From a virus, in IMG/VR virus record IMGVR_UViG_3300022231_000047, positions 1 through 7,720 of that record: DNA of 7,720 nt; one strand, written 5' to 3'. The notes under the pieces are model-generated. The model saw only the letters and a program-made list of their open reading frames with translations. It did not search any database and was not told the origin of the DNA. Of the stretch, positions 1-5,692 are shown one piece after another; position 1 is the first letter of the stretch, and the number at the start of each line of letters is the position of its first letter. The position numbers were made by a program, and so were the translations under genes.

Positions 1-44
1 ACGAGTCGGGCGAGTTGGCGCGGGATGCGTTTGCCGCAGGGCTG
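1..44. repeat. Terminal redundancy, copy A (identical to 7677..7720)
   Basis: The string acgagtcgggcgagttggcgcgggatgcgtttgccgcagggctg occurs at both window ends. The repeat is cut off by the window end, so 44 bp is a minimum length. Confidence 0.97.
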
Positions 45-293
45 ACGACGTTGGACGGGTACGGGGTAACGGCGCTTTCCGGCGTTCCTTCTGTTGATGG
101 GGTCGGGCAAGTTTCGTGGTCGGTGACGACGATGCCTTGGGCGACCGGGGTATCTGTCGCGCGGTCGGGCGTGACTCAGTTGCAGTCTTGCGCGCTGCCG
201 ACTTCTGCGCAGTATCCGGTTCAGTCGGTGCTGATCGTAGCGGCGCTGTTCTTCGCCATGGTGATGGGTTTTCGGTCGGGGTTCCGGGCATGA
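1..293 (+). CDS. C-terminal part of the junction-spanning 106-aa hypothetical membrane protein
   Basis: Same frame as the 15..293 ORF in the track. That track start is a TTG artefact of the window edge. Third codon positions are G/C-rich. The C-terminus is hydrophobic (SVLIVAALFFAMVMGF). Stop is TGA 291..293. Confidence 0.7.
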   Translation, partial: ESGELARDAFAAGLTTLDGYGVTALSGVPSVDGVGQVSWSVTTMPWATGVSVARSGVTQLQSCALPTSAQYPVQSVLIVAALFFAMVMGFRSGFRA

Positions 294-406
294 GTGGCGG
301 GGATGTGGTCGGTCTGGTGGGGTATCTGGTAGCGGCGTGGTCGGTCGGGTTTGGCGCGGGGTACATCCTCACCAAGTACCGCGAGGCCATGAATGCAACG
401 GGCTAG
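290..406 (+). CDS. 38-aa small hydrophobic protein, candidate pVII/pIX-like minor virion or assembly protein
   Basis: ATG 290 overlaps the upstream TGA (ATGA). The product MSGGDVVGLVGYLVAAWSVGFGAGYILTKYREAMNATG has a single TM helix. Its size and position just upstream of the coat gene match inovirus minor coat genes. Confidence 0.55.
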   Translation: MSGGDVVGLVGYLVAAWSVGFGAGYILTKYREAMNATG

Positions 407-487
407 ATGTCAGCCTGGGGTGCCTGCGCAAGCGGGCGCCCCAGGGTGCCATGTGGCGCTAACACTTCCCATGAAAGGGGAAAAATC

Positions 488-721
488 ATGAGCAAGACCA
501 AGCAAGCCCTTCTGGCGCGCGTCGCCCTTATCAACGCCGCGTTCATCGGGTCTGTTTCGTCCGCGCACGCTGCGTTGCCGTCCGAAGCGACCGCCGCGTT
601 CACGGCTGTGAGCGACAATGCTACGGCGGTTCTGGCCGCCGTCTGGCCGATCGTCGGTCTCGTTACCGGCGGTTTCATCCTCATTCGCCTGTTCAAGAAG
701 GGCGCGAACAAGGCCGTCTAA
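488..721 (+). CDS. Major coat protein precursor (pVIII-like), 77 aa
   Basis: AAGGGG (475..480) lies 7 nt before ATG 488. The signal peptide MSKTKQALLARVALINAAFIGSVSSAHA ends in an AHA cleavage motif. The 49-aa mature part has an acidic N-terminus (SEATAAFTAVSD), a hydrophobic core (VLAAVWPIVGLVTGGFILI) and a basic C-terminus (RLFKKGANKAV). Confidence 0.9.
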   Translation: MSKTKQALLARVALINAAFIGSVSSAHAALPSEATAAFTAVSDNATAVLAAVWPIVGLVTGGFILIRLFKKGANKAV

Positions 722-1018
722 ATGCCGGTCTGGTTCCTTCTGTCCGCTCTGCTGGTTGCACCGGCAGGGTGGGCTTCCCGGTCAATGCCTCCGGTCGGGT
801 GCCTCGAAACGGACGCGGGCGCGCGTTGGTGCGTCGGCGATGTGCGCTTGCGTCCCGGGGGTCCGGTGGTGGTTCCGTCCGGTCCGCATCCGGCCACGGT
901 GATTCAACCGGCTCGGCCTGTGTACTCGGTGGGCCAGGTGGTGCCAAGTTTGCCGGAGCTGCTGCCGGAACGTCGAAAGGGGCGCTATGAGCGCGCGGGC
1001 GAGTTTGTTGTGCGTTGA
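722..1018 (+). CDS. 98-aa hypothetical secreted protein
   Basis: ATG 722 directly follows the coat stop (TAA 719..721). The N-terminus is signal-peptide-like (MPVWFLLSALLVAPAGWA). Third codon positions are G/C-rich like neighbouring genes. The 3' end overlaps the pIII-like start by 32 nt in another frame. Confidence 0.5.
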   Translation: MPVWFLLSALLVAPAGWASRSMPPVGCLETDAGARWCVGDVRLRPGGPVVVPSGPHPATVIQPARPVYSVGQVVPSLPELLPERRKGRYERAGEFVVR

Positions 1019-2555
1019 GGTCTTGCGGTGGTTGTTCTGGCTTTCTGTCGCGTTGGTGGGCCTTGGGGGGTTCTCTGGTACCGTCGGCGCTGAAACGTGC
1101 TCGGGTGGGGTCTGCACGGAGCCTGCGACTTCATCGGGTGGGGCTGTCCCTCCCGTCAACTATTCCTGTTATTCCGGGATGCCTCCGGCAGACAAGCGGA
1201 CTAATCAGGCGGCCGCTGAATACTGGTGTTTGCAGTACTTCGTCGGCGAGTCTAATGCAGCGTTGCGGACACGTGACAGCAGGGAGTCGCGTTCTTATGG
1301 CTATATGCTCAACTGGAAATATACAAGCGGTGCGGGCGGGGTTGCTGGTGTCGGGATGACGTACAACTGCGCTGCGGGGCAGACGAAAGCGTACGTGGCG
1401 ACGGGTGATCTGTTCTGCACGGGTGGGACGGTCTATACGTGTCCGTCGACGGGCGGCTGGACGTTGAGCGGTACGAACTGCACGCGACCCGCCTGTGCGG
1501 CTGGCACCAGTCGTCAAGCTGACGGGTCGTGCTTGAAGGATTGCGGTGTGCCTGTCGATGAGCAAGTCGGCGCGGGCTCCATTTACCTCCGGCCGGGCGA
1601 CGGTGGCAAGGTCTGCGTTGAGGGCTGTAGCGCGTATATCGGGGGTCGGACCTATACTGAGGGGGGGCAAACGTACGGGCAAGCGTGGTCCTATGGCGTG
1701 TCTTGTACGGGCGGCACGGAAGCAAGCCCGACGCCGGCCGGTGAGGCTTCGCCTGCGGAGTCCGCCTGCCATGATCGCGGGATGTGCTCCGGCACGGTGA
1801 GCGGCGCGACCATCTGCGTCACGTGTGATTCAACGTCGAGCGAAACGAAAACCACGAAAACGGAAACGCCACCTGGTGCGGCGGGTCCGACAACCACCAC
1901 CACCACCACAACCACCACTTGCGTTGAGGCTGGATCGTGCTCGACGACAACCACTTCGACCACCAGCGGGCCAGGGGGCTCCGGAACGTCGAGCGAAACG
2001 ACGACAAAGCCGAGTGGCGCGGAGCCGGACGCGGGCGAAGAAAAGCCCGAGTCGAAACCGTTCTGTGAGGAAAACCCGGACAGTCCTATCTGCAAGGTGT
2101 CGTCTTTCTCCGGTACTTGCGGCGCGGAGCCGGCTTGTGAAGGCGATCCCGTGCAGTGTGCGCAGGCGCGCGAAGCGTTCAAGCTCCGGTGTGCGCTGAC
2201 TCCGAATGCGACAGATGACGGTCCGATAACCTCGGCGAAACATTCCGACGCGTCGAAGGATGCGCTTACCGAGCAACAGCAACAGGCCCTTGATCTCATC
2301 AACGGGGTAACGCCGGATCCGTCGTCGGCGTCGCGTTCTGCCTGGGATGCGGCGATGTCGTCGGGCTGGTTCGAGCCGATCACTATCGCGGGCTGCGCGC
2401 CGTTGCACATGGAGTTTGCAGGGCACTCCGTGACGTGGGACCACTGCCCGGTCGCTGCGAAAATCAGCGACATCGGGAGCTATGCGCTTTGGTTCGGTTT
2501 GTTGGTCGGCGGGTTCGTCTTTCTGACGGGCGGCCGTAATGCGGGAGTCTCGTAA
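987..2555 (+). CDS. pIII-like adsorption/minor coat protein, 522 aa
   Basis: AAAGGGG precedes ATG 987. The protein has a long N-terminal signal/hydrophobic segment and Cys-rich N-terminal domains. A Thr/Ser/Gly/Pro low-complexity linker includes T10. The C-terminal region is Cys-rich (CEENPDSPIC...CGAEPACEGDPVQCAQAREAFKLRC) and ends in a TM anchor (YALWFGLLVGGFVFLTGG). It is the largest gene and sits between the coat and pVI-like genes. Confidence 0.8.
   Translation: MSARASLLCVEVLRWLFWLSVALVGLGGFSGTVGAETCSGGVCTEPATSSGGAVPPVNYSCYSGMPPADKRTNQAAAEYWCLQYFVGESNAALRTRDSRESRSYGYMLNWKYTSGAGGVAGVGMTYNCAAGQTKAYVATGDLFCTGGTVYTCPSTGGWTLSGTNCTRPACAAGTSRQADGSCLKDCGVPVDEQVGAGSIYLRPGDGGKVCVEGCSAYIGGRTYTEGGQTYGQAWSYGVSCTGGTEASPTPAGEASPAESACHDRGMCSGTVSGATICVTCDSTSSETKTTKTETPPGAAGPTTTTTTTTTTCVEAGSCSTTTTSTTSGPGGSGTSSETTTKPSGAEPDAGEEKPESKPFCEENPDSPICKVSSFSGTCGAEPACEGDPVQCAQAREAFKLRCALTPNATDDGPITSAKHSDASKDALTEQQQQALDLINGVTPDPSSASRSAWDAAMSSGWFEPITIAGCAPLHMEFAGHSVTWDHCPVAAKISDIGSYALWFGLLVGGFVFLTGGRNAGVS
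1890..1919 (+). repeat. ACC/ACA trinucleotide tract encoding a run of 10 Thr in the pIII-like linker
   Basis: The sequence aca(acc)5 aca acc acc act is read directly in frame, with five perfect ACC units at 1893..1907. Confidence 0.9.
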
Positions 2556-2914
2556 TGCCTTTGCCTATTGCGGGTGGGTTCTTCGTCTGGTTGGTGGGTT
2601 TGGTCGGGTCGGCGGCGACGGCGGCGTTCACGTGGTTCGCGACGCATACCGCGTACAAGATGGCGCTGCACTATGCGCGCGTCGTCGCGTTCATCATCGT
2701 TGCCGGGTCGCTGTTCCTGGCGCTGTCGCTGGCTATCAAAGCGGCGATCTTGGCGGCGCGGGTGGCGATGCCTGAGTCGCTTGGACAGGCCACTTACTTT
2801 CTGCCGGGGAACATCAATACGATTTTCGCTCTGTTCGTGACTCTGCGAGTGTCGGCGGCGCTGTATCAGTGGACGCTGCGCAATGTGAAAATCATTACGC
2901 AAACGGTGTACTGA
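2555..2914 (+). CDS. pVI-like minor coat / membrane protein, 119 aa
   Basis: The start overlaps the pIII-like stop as TAATG. The protein is strongly hydrophobic with several TM segments (GGFFVWLVGLVGSAATAAF, VVAFIIVAGSLFLALSLAI, INTIFALFVTL). It sits in the canonical position between pIII and pI. Confidence 0.7.
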   Translation: MPLPIAGGFFVWLVGLVGSAATAAFTWFATHTAYKMALHYARVVAFIIVAGSLFLALSLAIKAAILAARVAMPESLGQATYFLPGNINTIFALFVTLRVSAALYQWTLRNVKIITQTVY

Positions 2915-3792
2915 TGGCCGACTACGCGATTACCGGGCGCAAGGGCTCCGGGAAAAGCCTGTTTGCGGTCGGGCTGATGCGCGACGCGTTGCGCGCGGGT
3001 CGGCGAGTGGCGACTAATCTGGATGTGCGCCTCGATGTGCTCTTGGGCGCACGCAGTCGCGCGACGTTGACGAGGCTTCCCGACAAGCCATGCGTGGATG
3101 ACTTGGAAGCCCTCGGCCGGGGCCAGGAAGGGCCAGTCGAGGATGAAAACGGGCTGCTCGTGCTGGACGAGACAAGCACGTTCTTCAATTCGAGGTCGTT
3201 CGGCGACAGGTCGCGTCAGCCGATGCTCGATTGGTTGGTGCACAGTCGTAAGCTCGGGTGGGATGTCTACTACATCTGCCAGGGGCTAGACCAGATCGAC
3301 AAGCAACTGCGAACGACGATGATCGAATATCACATATCCGTGAAACGTACGGACAAGTGGCCTATTCCGTTCGTGTCGTCGTTGACGGCGCTGCTTGGGT
3401 ATCGGGTCGGGTTTCCGCGGCTCCATATCGGGGTCACTCGGTACGGTGTCGAGCGCGACGGGCTTGTGTGCGGCCGGAAGTACTTCCGGGCGGAGGACCT
3501 TTATCCGGCTTACGACACGCAACAGCTTTTCTTGCCTCGCGAGCATCCGGCCGCGTGCGGGTTGCATACGGTTCTCTCTGGGTATCTGGTCCGGGGTCGG
3601 TATCTGCCGGAGCCGCCTGGGTACTGGCGTCGCTTCGTCTTGTCGCTGCTCGGCAAGTCCTGGGAAGCTGAAGTCAGGCCGCAGGCCGTCGAGCTCAAGC
3701 GCAAGCTTCCTGTGGTTGAGCGCCTGGGCCGTCTGCCACCAGATGAGGCCGTCCGGGTCTGGCATGGCCTTCAGCGGCGGGGCTTGATCTAG
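2914..3792 (+). CDS. Zot/pI-like assembly NTPase, 292 aa
   Basis: The start overlaps the pVI-like stop as TGATG (ATG 2914). Walker A is GRKGSGKS (nt 2935..2958). A Walker-B-like GLLVLDE follows. The N-terminus MADYAITGRKGSGKSLFAV is typical of the Zot/pI family. The upstream in-frame extension from 2869 was rejected. Confidence 0.85.
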   Translation: MADYAITGRKGSGKSLFAVGLMRDALRAGRRVATNLDVRLDVLLGARSRATLTRLPDKPCVDDLEALGRGQEGPVEDENGLLVLDETSTFFNSRSFGDRSRQPMLDWLVHSRKLGWDVYYICQGLDQIDKQLRTTMIEYHISVKRTDKWPIPFVSSLTALLGYRVGFPRLHIGVTRYGVERDGLVCGRKYFRAEDLYPAYDTQQLFLPREHPAACGLHTVLSGYLVRGRYLPEPPGYWRRFVLSLLGKSWEAEVRPQAVELKRKLPVVERLGRLPPDEAVRVWHGLQRRGLI

Positions 3793-3871
3793 CCGACCGG
3801 TGCCGTTGTAATCGCGAGCGAAGCGAGCGCGCGCTCGACAATGCACCATTTGAGTGCATCACAGAATGAGA

Positions 3872-3903
3872 CACTTATCCAGGTGCGCTTACCTGGTTAA
3901 GTG
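3872..3903. promoter_or_regulatory. Imperfect inverted repeat (11/12) cacttatccagg-N8-cctggttaagtg, operator-like
   Basis: The left arm 3872..3883 and right arm 3892..3903 are reverse complements with one mismatch. The repeat lies in an AT-richer intergenic stretch upstream of the 3970 gene. Confidence 0.6.
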
Positions 3904-3934
3904 TATCAACGCTTGACACAGTTATCCAGGTGCG
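3875..3934 (+). repeat. Two exact 13-nt direct repeats TTATCCAGGTGCG (3875..3887 and 3922..3934), 47 bp apart
   Basis: Exact identity read from the sequence. The second copy fills the spacer of the predicted promoter. Confidence 0.9.
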
Positions 3935-3941
3935 AGACAAT
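3913..3941 (+). promoter_or_regulatory. Sigma70-like promoter TTGACA-17-GACAAT for the wHTH regulator gene
   Basis: A consensus -35 TTGACA lies at 3913..3918, followed by a 17-nt spacer and GACAAT at 3936..3941 (4/6 to TATAAT). AGGAG at 3957..3961 lies 8 nt before ATG 3970. Confidence 0.55.
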
Positions 3942-3969
3942 ATCGTTTTCAACGACAGGAGTCTGCGCC

Positions 3970-4257
3970 ATGGATAACCCTCTGCTTCAGCAACTGGAAA
4001 TGGTCGAGCGTCTCGCTAAAGCCGGGACGATCGGTCTGTCTGCTGCCCGGCTCTGCGAGGATGCGGGCATATCGCTTGCGACCCTTAAACGCTACCTTGC
4101 GGAGCTGCGCCACCTCGGCGCGAGGATCGAATCGTACGGGGGTGGGCGCGGCCCGTGGCACTATCGCCTTCGGAACTGGCAACAGATTGAAAAGACTGTC
4201 ACCGCTTGGCTTCGCCTTGAACGTGCCAGGAGTTTCACGGAACTGGACTGCGGATAG
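3970..4257 (+). CDS. Small winged-HTH-type transcriptional regulator, 95 aa
   Basis: AGGAG RBS plus ATG 3970. The segment GLSAARLCEDAGISLATLKRYLAELRHLGARIES looks like a DeoR/HTH_11-style helix-turn-helix followed by a wing. Repeated motifs flank the gene. The GTG 3901 start in the track would run through the promoter and was rejected. Confidence 0.6.
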   Translation: MDNPLLQQLEMVERLAKAGTIGLSAARLCEDAGISLATLKRYLAELRHLGARIESYGGGRGPWHYRLRNWQQIEKTVTAWLRLERARSFTELDCG

Positions 4258-4742
4258 TCTCTACCTGGATACCCGACCGCCGCGTGTGGGTATCCCGGTC
4301 GGCGTCTGCTCTGCGCCGATCACTTCCTGCCGACCGCAGTGAAGCCGCGCCAATGTGCGCACGGCACAGCCGCCCCGTTGAGCACGTGCGGCGCGTTTTG
4401 TGCGCCGTGCGGGTGATTTACGGGGGCAAGGGGCGCGTTCTCTGCGCCCCTTGATGCGGGGGTCACCACAAGCCCCTCCAGGGCGCCGGACGAGGGTGCA
4501 CCGGGCGCGTGCGGTTTTCTCGGCTGACCTTCTGTAGCGTTTCTCGTGGTGCTCGGTCTTGGTCGCTGCCGTGCTCGGCACGCGATAAGCTCGCCTTGGC
4601 TACGCCCCACCCCGCCCCGACGGCTTGTGGACGGGGGGGACCCATTGCGGCAGCAATGGGGGGTCGGCCACGTTTAAGCCGTTGGCCCTCTTGGGCTGTG
4701 CTCCATAGCGGAATGGTTTTGTTCCCGATTGGCCATGATTTT
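4258..4742. other. Large structured intergenic region, candidate replication origin and/or packaging signal
   Basis: This 485-bp stretch has no credible ORF. It contains several GC-rich stem-loops. One is 4385..4411 (11 bp including G-U pairs), which competes with pairing between 4358..4365 and 4404..4411. Others are 4428..4452 (9-bp perfect stem, 7-nt loop), 4641..4660 (8-bp perfect stem, GGCA loop, flanked by G runs) and 4666..4687 (7 bp with a bulge). The position between the morphogenesis and regulatory modules matches inovirus intergenic regions. Confidence 0.5.
4263..4295. promoter_or_regulatory. Inverted copy of the TATCCAGGT motif (4263..4271), embedded in a stem-loop (ggataccc 4267..4274 / gggtatcc 4288..4295)
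   Basis: The reverse complement of 4263..4271 is TATCCAGGT, identical to the core of the two upstream repeats. An 8-bp perfect stem with a 13-nt loop starts 10 nt after the TAG stop at 4257. Confidence 0.55.
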
Positions 4743-5183
4743 TTATAATCGGTTTTCGCATTTCGATAAGCCGAAACTAACATAAACCCAAATTATGCGC
4801 ACCCAAGCTGCATAAAAAACCGCTGCGCTAGCGGTCAGAATTCCACCAAGCTGTGCGGCTTCGGTGCCTGAAGTGGCGATAAAACTCGATGCCAGCGTGC
4901 ACGCTATCAGCACCAGCAAAGCGGCACGCGACAGAAAAGACCGCCAGAATTCCGCGCGCGTCTTGTCTTTCTCTCTCTGGCTTTCCAGGTCGGCTAAAAC
5001 CCTTGCCGGGTCTAGCTTCAGGGTGATGGCTAGCTTCATGACGATGTAATTGTCGGGCCATTCTACGCCCTTCCTGTAGGCGCTGATTCGAAAGCGCGTG
5101 GTGCCGATTCGCTTCGCAAGTTCGTTGTCGGCCAGGATGCCAAGCTCGGCCTTGGCGGCGTCGAGATATTCGGCGGGTGTCAT
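4743..5183 (-). CDS. Divergent HTH (XRE/Cro-CI-like) repressor with two C-terminal TM helices, 146 aa
   Basis: ATG 5183 (minus strand) is preceded by AAGGAAGAG. The N-terminus NELAKRIGTTRFRISAYRKG is HTH-like. The C-terminus has AALLVLIACTLASSFIA and LGGILTASAAVFYAAWVRIIWVYVSF. It is the only minus-strand gene and faces the replication operon, which is the classic immunity-repressor position. The track start at 5246 lacks an RBS and was rejected. Confidence 0.7.
   Translation of the reverse strand: MTPAEYLDAAKAELGILADNELAKRIGTTRFRISAYRKGVEWPDNYIVMKLAITLKLDPARVLADLESQREKDKTRAEFWRSFLSRAALLVLIACTLASSFIATSGTEAAQLGGILTASAAVFYAAWVRIIWVYVSFGLSKCENRL
4775..4803 (-). other. dif-like XerC/XerD recombination site (candidate attP)
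   Basis: The minus strand reads GGTGCGCATAA-TTTGGGT-TTATGTTAGTT. E. coli dif is GGTGCGCATAA-TGTATA-TTATGTTAAAT. The XerC arm matches 11/11 and the XerD arm 9/11, but the central region is 7 nt rather than 6. The site lies in a locally AT-rich patch. Confidence 0.65.
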
Positions 5184-5218
5184 CGTTCTCTTCCTTCGGT
5201 GCTTGTGAATACCCTTCA

Positions 5219-5286
5219 AGATTAGTCCGATTTTCCGCACTTGCAATGTTCGAAAAACCGCACTAGATTGGCGGCTGTGCGGTTTT
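5219..5286. promoter_or_regulatory. Divergent promoter/operator switch
   Basis: The rightward promoter is TTGCAA (5241..5246)-17-TAGATT (5264..5269). The same palindromic TTGCAA could serve as a leftward -35, with TAATCT (reverse complement of 5219..5224) after a 16-nt spacer. A perfect 10-bp inverted repeat aaaaccgcac (5254..5263) / gtgcggtttt (5277..5286) brackets the rightward -10. A third CCGCACT half-site lies at 5235..5241. Confidence 0.5.
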
Positions 5287-5316
5287 CAGCACATAACCAA
5301 CAAGTGAGGTGAGGTG

Positions 5317-5625
5317 ATGCGAGTTCATGCCATAGGTGTCAAGCGTTTGTCGGGTGTTGGTAAGGAAACCGGTCGTCAATACGATTTCGCTCAACTGGAA
5401 ATCTTGCGGCCAATGGAGCCGGTTGCAAAGAAGGATTTCCGGCTGATGGGGTACGGGTTCGAGACTTCCAAGCTGGACCTTGCTCCGGATTGCCTGGAGA
5501 AGTTCCGGGATGTGCGCTTCCCCGCCCAGCTCGATCTGGCCGTCGAAACCGTACCGGGTCGGAATGGTCTCCGGTCCGTGGTCGTCGGTTTTCGCAATCC
5601 GGCCGACGTGAAGGCAGCCGCGTAA
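5317..5625 (+). CDS. Candidate gVp-like ssDNA-binding protein, 102 aa
   Basis: GAGG at 5306..5309 lies 7 nt before ATG 5317. The N-terminus MRVHAIGVKRLSGVGKETGRQYDFAQLE parallels Ff gVp (MIKVEIKPSQ..TTRSGVSRQGKPYSLNEQ). The size and beta-rich pattern are compatible with an OB fold. The assignment rests on by-eye similarity only. Confidence 0.4.
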   Translation: MRVHAIGVKRLSGVGKETGRQYDFAQLEILRPMEPVAKKDFRLMGYGFETSKLDLAPDCLEKFRDVRFPAQLDLAVETVPGRNGLRSVVVGFRNPADVKAAA

Positions 5626-5631
5626 TGCCAG

Positions 5632-5692
5632 CCGCCCGCATCTCTGTTGCGCTGGTCCGCGCGGAGTTGCGGTATTGCCTCCGTGCGGGCGG
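5632..5692. other. 9-bp perfect inverted repeat ccgcccgca / tgcgggcgg, 43 nt apart, in the 148-bp spacer between the gVp-like and 178-aa genes
   Basis: The arms lie at 5632..5640 and 5684..5692. In addition, the 8-mer CTGGTCCG is directly repeated at 5652..5659 and 5726..5733, each followed by GGAG. Confidence 0.5.

Noticed and set aside
407-487. In-frame upstream extension of the coat gene starting at ATG 407
   Set aside because: It would add 27 non-signal-like residues (MSAWGACASGRPRVPCG...) ahead of a perfect signal peptide. A good AAGGGG RBS precedes ATG 488.
1691-2473. 260-aa minus-strand ORF antisense to the pIII-like gene, plus other antisense ORFs at 1131..1772, 1309..1725 and 1830..2444
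   Set aside because: These are typical high-GC shadow ORFs. Their products are Arg/Pro/Val-rich low-complexity sequence (for example a poly-Val run mirroring the poly-Thr codons). They have no RBS, and the sense frame has clear protein features.
3310-3792. pXI-like internal start within the pI-like gene (Met in TTMIEYH before the hydrophobic segment)
   Set aside because: No Shine-Dalgarno-like sequence precedes the internal ATG, and the downstream hydrophobic segment is weak. This is analogy to Ff only.
3824-3837. Perfect 14-bp palindrome cgagcgcgcgctcg after the pI-like gene, considered as a terminator
   Set aside because: No U-tract follows it, and as a hairpin it would have almost no loop. 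It may be a protein-binding palindrome or a chance GC palindrome, and there is insufficient evidence to call a function.
4261-4783. ORFs inside the large intergenic region (4261..4581 -, 4320..4610 -, 4463..4783 -, 4509..4748 +)
   Set aside because: Their translations are Arg/Pro/Gly-rich. They use non-ATG or unsupported starts, lack an RBS and have T-rich third positions unlike the real genes. The region is better explained by stem-loops. A small real gene cannot be fully excluded without comparative data.
5184-5246. Upstream extension of the repressor ORF to 5246, and the GTG 3901 extension of the wHTH regulator
   Set aside because: Both extensions run through predicted promoter and operator sequence and lack an RBS. 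Internal ATGs with good Shine-Dalgarno motifs exist at 5183 and 3970.
5254-5290. aaaaccgcac...gtgcggtttt read as a rho-independent (bidirectional) terminator
   Set aside because: The 13-nt loop, the short GC core (6 bp) and the location directly between divergent starts, enclosing a -10 element, fit an operator better than a terminator. A dual role was not excluded.
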